Counted from the first letter of the stretch, positions 13,085 through 25,497 are shown. The stretch: 64,000 nucleotides of DNA from Gekko japonicus (GCF_001447785.1 NW_015159760.1:186001-250000), one strand, 5' to 3'. The notes: generated by a model not told the origin, from the letters alone. Numbers and translations are program-made.

Positions 13085-15815
13085 AGGGCTAGGAAGAAAT
13101 ACCCTTCTCCAACACTGGTATTGTGCAATGCCAGGTCTATTAATAATAAGACCTCTGTCCTTCAGAATTATCTGTTGGAGCAAAATGTAGACCTGGCATG
13201 CATGACTGACACCTGGGTGAGAGAGGGCAAGTCTATCACCCTGAACCAACTTAACCCCCCCCCCCCAGGCTTCTTAGTCCCTCATCAGTCCCAGACTAAT
13301 GGGTGTGTGTGGGGGGGGGTAGTGCTGCACATTTGGGAGGCTTTCTCTTTCAGGGCACTCCTTGTGACAAACATGTCCAGCCTAGTGTGGGAAGTCGAGG
13401 AGAATTCGGTTATTTGGCTGGTGTACCAACTACCTAACGCATCAGCAGAATGTGACCTCCATTGCATCTGCTAGCTCTCACCCAGCTCAACTGTTTAGAA
13501 CAATTCGATCTTTAACTTCTTTGCCTCAAGGAAAACCAAATGAAAAGGAATTGGCTATCGGCTGTGAGGTATTTGCAAGCTTCTTTGCAGATAAAGTCTT
13601 GTCACTTCACTAGGGCCTCCCAGCAACAATAATGGAACTGGAAGACCCTTGTCCGTCTTCAGGTCCAGTTTTGGACCACTTCAGTTGGCTCTCCCAGGAG
13701 GAAATTGACAAGATCCTGGCAGTTGAGAAGCCCACCACTTGCCTCCTCAATCCGTGCCCCTCCTGGCTGGTCAAGGCCTACCAGCAAAGCATTTGAACTG
13801 GAAGTTATTATCAACATATCCCTATTACCCTTCCAGTTGGTCTAAAGGAGGCAGTGGTGTGTCCACTCTTAAAGAAGCCATCATTGGACCTGTTATGTAT
13901 TGATACGGACATGTCTGGACAGGTAGCGCTAAGGAAGCCATGCGGTCTAGCACACCTTCAGGATTTAGAACAATAACCGACTCAGATCTTAGTGCGGACT
14001 AATAGGTTTGCCCGGATCATAAGCTTGACCTATGATGGACTCTTACACTGTAAATAGCCAATCACGGGAGTGGGGTGTGGGTTGGGTGTTGTGTGCAGCA
14101 TGGGTAAAAACAGGGTTCGAACCTGGCTAGTTTGTCTCTAGTGAGCTGAATTTCACTAATAAATATGAGCTGATCACTTGCTAACGTGTCTGAACCCAGT
14201 ACATTATAGGACCCTATGGTCCTTGTCAACTATCACTCAGTTTTGAACTTACCGTTCCTGGGCAAGGTGGTCGAGAGAGTGGCAGTGGAGCAACTCCAGA
14301 TCTTCTTGGATGCTGCTGCTATCCTGGACCCATTCTAATCTGGCTTTCACCCTGGCCGCAGGATGGAGACCATGATGGTCATCCTCACAGATGACCTCCG
14401 GAGGCATCTGAATTGAGGCAGGTCGGCACTGCTGTTGCCTCTTGATCTAACAGCAGCATTTGACATGGTTGATTATGATCTTTTGACCCACTGCCTCACT
14501 GACGTTGGGATACGGGGGACTGCCCTGCAGTGGCTCTCCTCCTTCCTTTATGGACAGAGGGTGGTGCTTAGGGAGGAGTTGTCCAAGTGGCAACCAGTTG
14601 AATGTGGTGTGCCACAGGGGGCAATCCTCTCCCCAATGCTGTTTAACATCTATACGTGCCCCCTTGCCCAGTTTGTCCGGCGGTATGGGCTGGGTTGTCA
14701 TCAATATGCTGATGATACCCAGCTTTATCTGTTGATAGATGGCCAGCTGGACTCCGCCCCACAGGTGTTAGCCAGGGCACTACAGGCAGTGGCAGGATGG
14801 CTTAAATAGAGCAGACTGAAACTAATTCCAACGAAGACAGAGGTCCTGTACCTGAGTCGTGGGGATTTGTGATTGGGAATCTGGCTCCCAATCCTTGATG
14901 TGACACCTTTGGTGCCAGTGCCAAGGGTGAAGAGTCTAGGGGTTATCTTGGATTCCTCCCTTCCTATGGAGGCCTAAGTTGCCACTGTTGCTAGATCAGC
15001 CTTCTATCTTTGGCTGGGTCAAGCAGCTGGTTCCCTATCTCACTCCCCAGGATTTAGCTACAGTGATCCATGCAATGGTCTCTTCCAGGCTGGATTGTTG
15101 TAACTTGCTCTACATGGGGTTGCCCATGAACTTGACCAGGAAACTGCAGCTAGTGCAGAATGCGGTGGCACGTGTGCTGATGGTGATGCCTGTGCAGGCG
15201 TACATCCAGCCAGTGCTCCGCCAACTGCACTGGCTGCCTATAGAGTACCAGATCCAGTTCAAGGTTCTAGTGCTGACTTTTAAAGTCCTATGCGGCCAGG
15301 GACCATCTTTCCCATATGTACCCTGCAGAGCTTTGTGCTCAACTGATCAACATGTTCTGGTTGTCCCTGGCCTGAAGGATGTCCAGGTGGCCTCAACTAG
15401 GGCCAGGTCGTTTTCTGCCCTGGCCCCAGCCTGGTGGAACAAATGCCCAATTGAGCTCAGGGCCCTGTGGGATCTATAACAATTCCACAGAGCCTGTAAA
15501 ATGGAGCTGTTCTGTCAGGCTTTCAGTTGAGGCAGTGGACATCCAAATTTCCATTCTTGGCCTCCCCTGCTGACAGCCCTGGCCTTATGGTCAGTGGTCT
15601 GATATCCAATAACACCACTCAGAAGTTTCTATCTGAGAGTTGCTACTGAGGCAACTTTCACTCTGGTTTTCTGGTACTAAATTTTAAATTTCTGAATTTT
15701 TATATATTGCTTGAATATGATATTGTTACTGTCACAATTTTTATGTGACACTGTAACCTGCCCTGAGGCTGCTTGAAGGGAGGGCAAGATATAAACTAAA
15801 GGAAATAAATAAATA
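13085..15815 (+). mobile_element. Decayed L2-clade LINE (APE endonuclease and RT remnants)
   Basis: NARSINNK...DLACMTDTW (endonuclease), LDLTAAFD...GVPQGAILSP...YADDTQLY (RT), LHWLPIEYQIQFK; many stops and frameshifts; (AAAT)n tail. Confidence 0.9.
13891..14208 (+). mobile_element. Solo LTR (318 bp) inserted in the L2
   Basis: TGTTATGTA...TACATTATA imperfect inverted termini, 5-bp TSD GGACC (13886-13890 and 14209-14213), CCAAT box and AATAAA; L2 frame KKPSLD|P resumes after it. Confidence 0.85.
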
Positions 15816-15823
15816 CATGTAGG

Positions 15824-16024
15824 CAATGCTCCCTCTAAGTTGTGGAGTCTTGTGAGCAAAAATTCTACTTTGTGAGCTACTGGCATTAAAGTTGTGAGCG
15901 AGCGATTTTGCTACTGCATAAATTGCTCTGGAGCCACCCTTCCTGAGCTAAGATGAAAATGTGCAAGCCACAGGCTAAAAAACTGTGAGCTAGCTCACAC
16001 TAACTCAGTTTAGAGGGAACACTG
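15824..16024. mobile_element. hAT MITE, TIR CAGTGTTCCCTCTAAG family
   Basis: TIRs; 8-bp TSD CATGTAGG/CATGTGGG; second copy at 60955-61160. Confidence 0.85.
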
Positions 16025-16572
16025 CATGTGGGCATAATCTGCATTTGTTCCATAACTGAGATTTTGCTGCACAGAGGAACAGACCTGAGCTATAACTCTA
16101 GTTGGGCATCATAGGTAGATTACAGTTTTGTGAGCAGTCAAACACTCAACCTGATCCCAATCATGCTTTCATGCTTACTCAGTAGTAAGTCTCATTGATT
16201 CAAATGGAATTTACATTTTAGGGATTTTTTTTAAGCAAACTTAAATCAGGGGGGAGGAGCTTTAATCCAAAAAACTGGACAACATTCAGGTGCTAGAGAT
16301 TCAACCAGGCTAACCTTGCCCAAAACATTTTCACCTTTCCATAGATGATGCTTTGCAAAATGCAGTGACAGGTGATGCTTAAAGGAATGACAGAGAATGG
16401 CTATAGAGATACATTGGCTCCGTCTGAATGACTACAAGGATCTACTGATTTTCCAAAGGACCATTCAAAAGGTTTAAAACACAGCAGGAATGATAAGTGC
16501 CCTGATAGAGTTCTTTTTTTTTTTGCTTTCATTATAACAATTCAATAAGAAAATATCCAAGTCTCTCCTTAC

Positions 16573-16712
16573 CTTGCAAAGTAGCCACAAGTCCAGTACT
16601 GACACCAGAAATTACATCACTGAGTAGCCATTCCTTCACTCTGTATTTAGGCAGCCACTCCAGAATGGGGAAGAAGGTCTTGGTTATCTGAAGGGCTCTT
16701 TTTTTGGAACAG
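16573..16712 (-). CDS. SLC26A4: Pendrin exon 3 ([46 protein letters not shown])
   Basis: cag|...|gtaagg, 140 nt, translation matches pendrin. Confidence 0.97.
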
Positions 16713-16778
16713 CTGCCAATGACAAAACATTAAATTGCTAAGGGTGGACACTGTGAAGGTTTCTGCTCCTCTCCACCT

Positions 16779-17018
16779 TAGGGTTGCCAAGTCCCCACTG
16801 GCAGGGGATGAAGGGGCAAGGTTGCCAGATCCAGGTTGGGAAACTCCTGGAGATTTGGGATTGGAGCCTGGGAAGGACAGGGACCTCAGTGAGGTATAAT
16901 GCCATAGAATGCATCCTCCAAAGCATCCATTTTCTCCAGGGGAACTGATCTCTGTAGTCTGGAGATGAGCTGTAATTCCAAGGGATCCCCAGGTCCCACC
17001 TGGAGGCTGGCATCCCTA
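16779..17018 (-). mobile_element. TAGGGTTGCCA-family MITE in SLC26A4 intron 2
   Basis: Full-length family copy. Confidence 0.78.
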
Positions 17019-17098
17019 TCTCCATATTTTGATCAAAGATTCTTTCAGTCCCCAGATGTTACTTTCCTTCTCCCCCCAGGAAGCATGATATATTTCAC

Positions 17099-17253
17099 CT
17101 GCAAGCTTGCTGTGCTCGTTCCCGGAGAGTTCTAGATGGTCCTGGAATGCTCTCATTATCCTCTTGGAAGTTAGGTTCATTGTAAATGGGGCGGGTGACC
17201 ACATACTGTCTGAGATCTGAGAGCAATCCATCAGCCCCACCACCGGCTGCCAT
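17099..17253 (-). CDS. SLC26A4: Pendrin exon 2 coding part (start codon; MAAGGGADGLLSDLRQYVVTRPIYNEPNFQ...ACS)
   Basis: Acceptor tag|G at 17261, ATG at 17253, YVVTRPIY motif, donor AG|gtgaaa; 155 nt, phase 2 joins exon 3. Confidence 0.93.
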
Positions 17254-17739
17254 GCCCCCACCTACATGTGAAAAAAAATGGAAAGGAGGCAGTATTTGCA
17301 AAGCACACGAGTGTCTAAAGCACCCTCCCAGCTTATCCTACATCTGTTCAGGTGAATTTATCCAATGGTTGCAGAGCCCAGTGCTTCTTCCTCTGTCTTG
17401 ACTGCAAAAGGTAATCATAAACAGCTTCTTCTTCATCCACAGGAACCCCAATTCAAATCCCCGTACCTCCCTACAGGAGTTAACTATGAAAACCTGGATC
17501 TCTTCAACCATTACAAATGTCAACTGTGAATGGTGTGTACTTTTCTTGAATAGAATTTTTTTTATATATTTCACTCAGTCATACCCATATTTCATGAGCC
17601 TTGCTGTTTGTCCCCCCCCCCCCCACATACCTTTAATATAAAAGGTTGGCCTAATGAGGAATTACTAAATCACTTCTGAGGAAGTGGGCTCATGTCCAAC
17701 AAATCACAGTTAGTATGTAAGATGCTACTAGACTCTAGC

Positions 17740-18120
17740 AATCCTGACCTGGCTGGCCCAGGCTGGCCCAATCTTATCAGATTTTAGACACTAAGCAAGT
17801 TTTTTCCTGATTAGTGCTTGGATGGGAGAGCGCCAAGTTGCCAGGAGAAACCGCCGAGAAGGAAAGAAGCTGAGCCAGAAAGAGGACGCAGCGGATCCAC
17901 CACAGGGTGCTGGTAGGGAATCCCCACCCCTTACAATATGTGGCCTTAGATAGGGTATCAAACAGTTCATAGAACGCCTTTCTGTAAACCGCCCAGAGAC
18001 CCCTAGGGGTTAGGGCGGTATAACAAGTCGAAATAATAAATAAATAAGGAAGTCCAGGGCTGCTACTCAGAGGTAAGGAATGGCAAACCACCTCTTGTTT
18101 GTTTCTTGTCTTGAAATTCC
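17740..18120 (+). mobile_element. 5S-derived SINE interrupted by an L2-like 3' tail
   Basis: 5S-like head 17740-17835, (AAAT)n-tailed insert to about 18047, then SINE tail ggaatggcaaaccacctc. Confidence 0.55.
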
Positions 18121-18819
18121 TACACCAAAAATTGGCTGCAACCTGATAGAACATCACACCCAAACTCTAAGAATTTAGTGGTCCTTTAAAGACTGACAAG
18201 ATTCCATTCCAGTATTTTTGCTTTCCTTTTATTTATTTGAAATACTTACATCCCACCTTATTTCCTTAGACTCAAGGAAGGGCACAAAAAATGTGAGTCC
18301 ATTAAGATATAAAAGCAACTCATAAATTAAAAAACGTATGGATCAAAACGCAACCAAATCTGCTAAAGCAGTTTACCCTCCATCAAATGCCCTCTGAAAC
18401 AAAACTCTTTTGCAACCCTTCTTGCACTACAAACAATCCTAAAAGAGAGTAAATAACACATCCCCTAGATTGGATTATTATTATTTTTTTTAAGTTAGTT
18501 TTTAAGGTGCCACCACCCTCCAGGAATCGAGTTGCATTTAAAAGGCTAGCAAGAGTTTATTCCAGCATACACATATTCCTGACTGGTCACCCAGCTGGCT
18601 GCATGTGGAGAAGTGGGGCATCAAACCGGGTTCTCCAGATTAGAGTCCGCAGTTCTGAACCACTACACCGACCAAACTGGCTGTCTCCAGGAATCCAGGG
18701 GCACTTCAAAGACTTGTATTCTAGAATACAAACATTCCAGAACTGTTATTGTATGCTTCTGAGGAAGTGGCCTCTAGTCCATGGGAGTTTATGCCGAAAT
18801 TCTGCCAGTGCCCCTGGAG

Positions 18820-19570
18820 CGTCCTGTGGGGAGAGGGCGGCGGTCGCCAGTGCCTTGCGCCCCGCTGCCCTCGGCCAGTTTGCCTGGCAAAAGAGTCCCC
18901 GCGCGCGCTTCATTTCCCCAGAAGACCCTAAGCAACAGGGAAGTTTCTTCCTCAGCTTGCAGAGGAGAGGCGGCGCCCGCAGAGCTTCAAGGCACCGACG
19001 AGTTTTGTTGTTTTTTTTTTAAAGACCACAGGCTCTTTCGTGCTACCCTCCGTGAGACAAGAGCACAAGCCGCCACCCTTCTCTTTTTGTCCCCCCCTCG
19101 CCCCCGCCCCTCGCGCGCCTTTCTCCTCAGTTTGCCTCCCGGCACGTCCCCTCCATTCAGCACCAGCTCGGCTGGCTGCTCTTGGCCCCACACCGTCTCG
19201 CGCCTAGTTGTCAGCAACGCTTCACTCTTCAGCTGCGTTCTGCCCAAGGGCGAGGAAGGAATCATGCGCCTTACCTGAGCCCAGTGCCCCGGCCAGGGCG
19301 AGGAACCCAGTGGTGGCATTTATACGGCCGGAGCCAGCATTAGCCGCTTTCCTTTATTTACAGGCAAACAGACGCGCGGCAGCAGCAGCAGCCTCGCAAA
19401 CAAGCCCTCCTCGCCTATTGCCGGCTCCCTCCTCCTGCAGGAGCCACGCGCGTGAAGCGGGGAGGTGGAGAGGAAGAGCCCGGAGGAAGGAGCAGAATAG
19501 GGGCCCTTGTGGGTCTGACCAGGGGAGTCCATCTTAGCCAGGAGCATCCTGTTTCACATCGCACGGCGTA
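18820..19570 (-). promoter_or_regulatory. SLC26A4: SLC26A4 CpG-island promoter with non-coding exon 1 (donor CAG|gtaag, exon ending at 19275), TATAAAT at 19324-19318
   Basis: GC/CpG-rich stretch 2 kb upstream of the ATG exon; consensus donor; TATA-like motif; forkhead sites. Confidence 0.8.
19353..19370 (-). promoter_or_regulatory. Paired forkhead (FOXI1-type FBS1/FBS2) sites TGTTTGC-c-TGTAAATAAA
   Basis: Two oppositely oriented forkhead cores about 80-95 nt upstream of the exon 1 donor, similar in position and arrangement to the known human SLC26A4 FOXI1 element. Confidence 0.75.
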
Positions 19571-19790
19571 GTGGTCAGAAGAATGGGAGGCTAGGGCCAG
19601 CCAGGTTCGAGTTCCCCCTCTGCCAGGCAGGCTGCTCGCTGTCCTTGGCCAGTCACGCGTTCTCACCCAAACCTGCCTCAGAGCCTCCTTGTGAGGATAA
19701 CATCAGAAGGAGGGGAGAATGCTGTAAAAGCTGGTTTGGGTTCCCACTGAGGAGAAAGGTAGGGTATAAATGAAGTAAATAAATAAATGC
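19555..19790 (+). mobile_element. tRNA-derived squamate SINE (Squam-type)
   Basis: A box (ggcgtagtgg) and B box (ggttcgagttccc), (AAAT)n tail; related copies at ~160-370, 28860-29090, 39575-39965 and 61200-61410. Confidence 0.65.
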
Positions 19791-20378
19791 AAGCTGTTTT
19801 GGGTCCTCCTTGGGAAGAAAGCGGAACTTGAAGTATAAATAAAGAAATAAAAGGGGACCGACAAAAAAGGGCACAGAGGCTAAGAACCTCGTGTTGCCTC
19901 CTGGGACTGGGTTTCAGAGGTTAACTGCCCCTGGACATGGAATCCCTTTTAGCCATCATCACAGCTAATAGCTGCGGCCAGGCCTGAATAGTCTTCCAGT
20001 ATTCTTCTATTCTTAATCTGCCCAATCCCCTTTTAAAACCATCTATGCTTGTGGCCATCACCACTGCATCCACTGGCTGTGAAAACTACAGTTTTCATAA
20101 TTTGTTGAGTAAAGATACTGGGTAGGCAGACCCTAAATGGGCTGTAGTGGGGGGGGGGTGGGCTCAGTTTGCAGATTCATGGGTGGGTCCCTAAATCTGA
20201 AGACTTCCCCAACAGACCAAGAAACACACACTGTAGTTGTTTCCACATCTGCCTGCCACTCCGGATTTTCTCTGTGTTCGAGTCGAAGCAATTTAAGTCC
20301 ATGGCAAAACAGCATCCAAATAACCCCAGGTAAAGAGCAGGCTGAAACCAGGCTAAGCACTGAAGGGAGGTAATGTAA

Positions 20379-20490
20379 TGCAGAATGAGGAAAAAACCTG
20401 GAATAAAAAGAAGGTTGAACTTGATTTAATTGCAGAATGGGGGGAAAAACCTGGATTAAAAAGAAGGTTGAATTCGATTGTAGCGCAGAA
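20379..20490 (+). repeat. Tandem duplication, ~52-bp unit x2
   Basis: tgcagaatg..aaaaacctgga.taaaaagaaggttgaa repeated at 20379 and 20431. Confidence 0.85.
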
Positions 20491-20524
20491 TTGCTTGGAA
20501 GACACTGTGGTAAACATGGATTAA

Positions 20525-21030
20525 AAGGAGAGAGCAGAAAGGGCCTGTGTGGCACCTTAGACTAACAGCATGTTTTATATTTCAGCATAAGCTTTCATGG
20601 ATCATTCAGAGACCACATTTTCAGATATATTCATTTTATCTGAACATTTTATGTAAAAACAAAACTCACCTGGGTCAAGAGACCATAAAATAGTGTGAAA
20701 ATATAATTTGCACAAGGTGAAAAGCTGTTGAGATCTAATAATTAAAACAGCCAATACCATTGATTAATGATGGTCATAATAGGTATAATTGGTTGACCCC
20801 TGTAATGAGTCATAAATCCCTGTTCAAGCTGGGAAGGTGCAATGCTTTCTAATAAACCCTACAGCAGCAATTTCATGCTGGATTTTCCCTTTAAAGCTGC
20901 TTTGCTAGAGAACTGTGACTTTTAGGTCAGTAACAAGAGCACTCAGGGAGACTGAATGTTCCCCCACTGGTTTCGGAATATTTCTGTTTTAACCATTTGG
21001 CTACGCAGTGACTGGCCTGCTTGTCTTGTG
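20525..21030 (-). mobile_element. Penelope-like element 3' remnant (GIY-YIG endonuclease C-terminus plus pLTR)
   Basis: Minus strand reads GQSLR...RNIPKPVGEH...TDLKVTVL..FKGKIQHEIAAVGFIRK...LNRD with frameshifts; gttagtctaaggtgccac terminus. Confidence 0.75.
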
Positions 21031-23665
21031 ACTTATATCACACTGGGATGGACAAGTGGATGAGCTCCACACCATGATCAACCATTTTCTACCCTGCCTT
21101 GGAGAGCTTCATGACATTCTAAACTGCACTGTTAGCTTGAACAGCATGGTGGCAAATCCTTTCAGGACAGGACAGTGTCTGGTGTAAACTGAAGACTGAT
21201 TTAGGTTTAGCAGAATTCTGTAATGATAGAATGGGCTGTACCACTTCACACTGTGAAAGGATAAAATTCTGAATGTTTCCCCATGTAAAAACTTTGCAAA
21301 CAAACAAGAAGCATATCAAGGAGAAGGATTCCATACTCATTTTTCATACGTTCTGCTAGATTTCCATCTACAGGGAATGGCTGAAGTTGGAGAACTCTCC
21401 CCTACATTCTGTCATCGTATTACTGCCTCATTCTCCAGAATATGTAGACCTTACATATGAAAAAAGAATGAGGCAGTAAAGTGGACTCCACCATTCCAGG
21501 CTGCAGGCAGAGATCACATTATGGAATGTTCCTGTTTTTAAAACTCCTGGCAAACAGGAAGGCAGCATAGCAAGCAATGGTAGAAGCTTTCTCCTTGTGG
21601 TGCTAGATTTCTATTTTCATGGAATTGTTTAATGTACATTTAGAAGTGGCATCAAGCATTAGATCAAAACACATTTGTGAACTTATCGCTTGGCATGCCA
21701 ACCTTCCTAGAATCGTTGAACCAAAGAAGCATGCATTGATGTAACCATTGTCCCTACTTCCTCTCTGTCCTCACCAGCATTATACCAACAACACCCCACC
21801 CCCTAGTGAGATACCACTTCACAGAACTGAAGATGAGGGTTCCTTCATAGTGCTAGTATTCATTCTACTGATGCCACTGATCCAATAGCAGTGTATCAGC
21901 AGAGACCTTTGCGCCTAACCTTTGATGTAAACATTACAGTCCTAAGATTAGGTTCTATAATTGCCTAACTTCTTTACTGATATTTTCCTCACATTTACAA
22001 CCTGCTCTCCCATCTCAGTCCTCTCTACAGAGCACATGGTAGTGGAAATGATCATAAACTACCTTGGGGTTTGTTTAAACAAGTGAGGATATCAAGTTTA
22101 TTTTTAAAAAATTATAGCACATTTGGACAGTAGTGGTAAGTGGTATGTTAACAGATCCTTCAGTGTGTTTGTGGATGTGACAGAGAGGAATCCTTGGAGA
22201 TGAGGCTATGGATGCTCAGCAGGGCTAGCTGCAGCAGGCTAGGTAGAGGCTTTCTCTCCATACTGGTGTGCTGCAAGGAACTGCATGACAACAATGAAGA
22301 TACAGCATCTTCCTTTGCAAGAGCTCTTTATATCAATCTCCTCCTTACAAGGTAGCATGTGACTTGCCCGAGGGAGCACTACCCTTTTTTTTTGTAATTT
22401 ATTTTTTTATTGTTTGTTTAAATTGTTACATTGAGTGTTTATATTTATTTACATTTTCTCCCTTCCCTCCCTCCCTCCCTCCCTCCCTCTCTCTCTCCAG
22501 TTTATTCCCTTGATGTCCTCCCTCCACCCTGCATTTCTATTATGTCTGGCAAGCCATTTTAGTAAATATGCAGTAGCAACCAAAAGTACAAAATGTTCTC
22601 GCTTCTAGCAGTTGTTAACAAACAGTGTAATTTCAGTACAATGTGCTGCCACTGCAAGGCCCTCAACCTGGCAGATTACACTTTGAGTTCAAAGATATGT
22701 TTTTAGGTATGTGCTATTATATCATACTGAGAAGGCAAAAGTTTCACTATTGTCGGGAGAGTATAGCTTCAAACCATGTCTTCATCATGGCAAATGAACA
22801 GATGCAGCATTGTATGAATACTCTGCCCAGCAAGGTGATAAGACTACCAAGTTTTTGCTTTCATACCATCCCTCATGTATATCTAAAAACACTAGAAACT
22901 CAGAAAGCATGCTATATGCTTTTATCCTGATTTTCTCTGTTTACTGCAGACACTACTGAAAATACCATATTATAAAAGGGACTTCTGGGTGAGTAGGGAA
23001 GTAGACAATTTTATGTCCTGGTCAACAACTAATTTTTCCTAGAATAGCTAGAGGTGATAGGCCAGTATTTCAACACTAGCCCCCTAACATGGCAAGAAAA
23101 CTAAACATCTCCCTGTGAAAATCCAGGAATGGTCATTTTTTACTTTGTGGTTTTTTTATACGTAGTGGCAAATGAAATATGTAAAGACCAGTGGCGACAT
23201 GAATCAGTCATGTAACACAAATCAATGTTGATCCATGACAGTAGCTAGCTACAGGAACATTGCACTAGATTTAAAGGCATTAGAGGCCTGCTTAATTAAT
23301 CAGTTGGTCCCAGTTTAGTTGAGGATAACTTTTAATTGGCGGAACTGTGAGTTAATTACACGCATTTGTCTTTTGAGGTTGTTTTGATTCTGCTGTTTTA
23401 CTTTAATCAGAACTGAAAAAGAAATTGATAAAGATGGCCTTACTTTTTAAAAACTTTTTGTTAAATGGTAAGTTGATGTTAGGCATATCAGTATTTCAGA
23501 CACTTGTACTGAGGCTCTAATAGTATATGAAAGTAGCAAGATACTGTTCCAGAGAAAAAAGCCTGGCTTAGCAAACTAAAAGACATGTGTGTCTTAACTT
23601 TCTTCAAAAAGATAAAGTGGAAAGATTAGGTGCATTGTTATTCATTGGACGGAGTTACTTAAGGT

Positions 23666-24183
23666 NNNNNNNNNNNNNNNNNNNNNNNNNNNNNNNNNNN
23701 NNNNNNNNNNNNNNNNNNNNNNNNNNNNNNNNNNNNNNNNNNNNNNNNNNNNNNNNNNNNNNNNNNNNNNNNNNNNNNNNNNNNNNNNNNNNNNNNNNNN
23801 NNNNNNNNNNNNNNNNNNNNNNNNNNNNNNNNNNNNNNNNNNNNNNNNNNNNNNNNNNNNNNNNNNNNNNNNNNNNNNNNNNNNNNNNNNNNNNNNNNNN
23901 NNNNNNNNNNNNNNNNNNNNNNNNNNNNNNNNNNNNNNNNNNNNNNNNNNNNNNNNNNNNNNNNNNNNNNNNNNNNNNNNNNNNNNNNNNNNNNNNNNNN
24001 NNNNNNNNNNNNNNNNNNNNNNNNNNNNNNNNNNNNNNNNNNNNNNNNNNNNNNNNNNNNNNNNNNNNNNNNNNNNNNNNNNNNNNNNNNNNNNNNNNNN
24101 NNNNNNNNNNNNNNNNNNNNNNNNNNNNNNNNNNNNNNNNNNNNNNNNNNNNNNNNNNNNNNNNNNNNNNNNNNNNNNNNNNN
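23666..24183. other. Assembly gap (518 N)
   Basis: Run of n. Confidence 1.
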
Positions 24184-25470
24184 GTTGGCCATGGTATAGG
24201 ACATTTAAGATGTTTCTAATGGGATGTGCTATATTTCTACCTTTAACGAACCCGTATTGGTCCCCTTTTATTACTGTTGGGATAACTTTCCTTAATCTGT
24301 TTGCCAATACTTTAGCAAAGATTTTATAATCTTGGTTTAGAAGACTTATAGGTCTATACGACCCTACTTCTTCTGGGTCCTTTTGAGGTTTTAATATCAA
24401 TATTATTTCTGTTTCCTTCCATGTATCTGGGGCTTTTTTCCCTTTCAAGACTTCATTAAATACTACCTGCAATTCGGGCGTTATTATTCACTTGTGATTC
24501 CATCTAGCCCTGGTAATTTGCCTTTTTTTTAGTTCTTTTATTACTTCTCTTATTTCCTGGGTTGTAATTTCACCCTCTAGTGCATCTTTCCCTTCTTTCT
24601 CCAATGGAAGACTGATTGTCTCCTGAGACTCTACTGTGGCCTTTTTCTTGTATAAGTTTTTATAAAAGTTCTCAAAAGCCTTAGTAATTTCCTTGGGACT
24701 TTGTGTTGTGTTATTGTTAATTTTTATAGATTTAACCGTCTGTTTTGCTTTTTTAATCTTCAGGTAGTTTGCCAGTCTTTTTGCTGTGTTGATGCTGTTC
24801 CTCTGGAAATCATTCCTTACATAGCTTCCCTTTTCCACATTGTTGCTATGTCTAGTGCTTCTAATTGTTTTTGAATCTCTTTGATTTTGCTCTGTAAAGT
24901 GGGGCTATAGTTTTCCATTACTTCTCTTTGTAGCTTCTCTAATTCCTTTATTTTGTTTTGTCTTTTTTTATACCATTCTCTTTTTATGTTCTTTTCTTTT
25001 TTTATGCAATGGCCCCTTATTACCGCTTTAGCGGCATCCCATAGTATATTAATAGGCACCGTTCCTCTGTTTTCCTTGAAGTATAATTTTATCTGTGATG
25101 TCATATATTCCCTGTCCTCTTCTTTTGCCATTATTAAATTATTATATCTCCAAGGTCTGTTTGTTGTGGGTAAATTTAATTCCAATTCAATACTTATAGG
25201 GGCATGGTCAGATATCCAAATTGGAAGAGTTGTAATCTTTTTTATGGACATATTATTTTTTCCCAAAATTATATAATCTATGTGTGACGCCGTTTTATGC
25301 CTGCTGGATATATGCGTAGACCTAGGTCTTGTTCCTTCTTTCAGGCCCCAATCCCCTAGCTTAAAATTTTTATTCTTTGATATATCAAAATTCAGATCCC
25401 CGGATATAGGGAGCACTACACTTAAACCTCCGTGCTTCTCTCCCCAATTTTCCTTTCTGTACCTCATGTC
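24184..25470 (-). mobile_element. L1/Tx1-clade LINE ORF2 fragment (endonuclease C-terminus to RT N-terminus), truncated by the gap
   Basis: HIDYIILG...SDHAPI, LWDAAKAVIRG, YRPISLLNQDYKIFAKVLANRL...DQYGFVKGR; frameshifted. Confidence 0.9.
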
Positions 25471-25497
25471 CTGAAGTTATAATATGAAAATTGTTTC

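Noticed and set aside
18507-19666. Several overlapping 75-171 aa ORFs on both strands
   Set aside because: By-product of the stop-poor GC-rich CpG island; no recognisable domain or splice context
23587-24472. Long ORFs of 181-276 aa spanning 23.6-24.4 kb
   Set aside because: They are mostly translations of the N gap; the real part is L1-type ORF2
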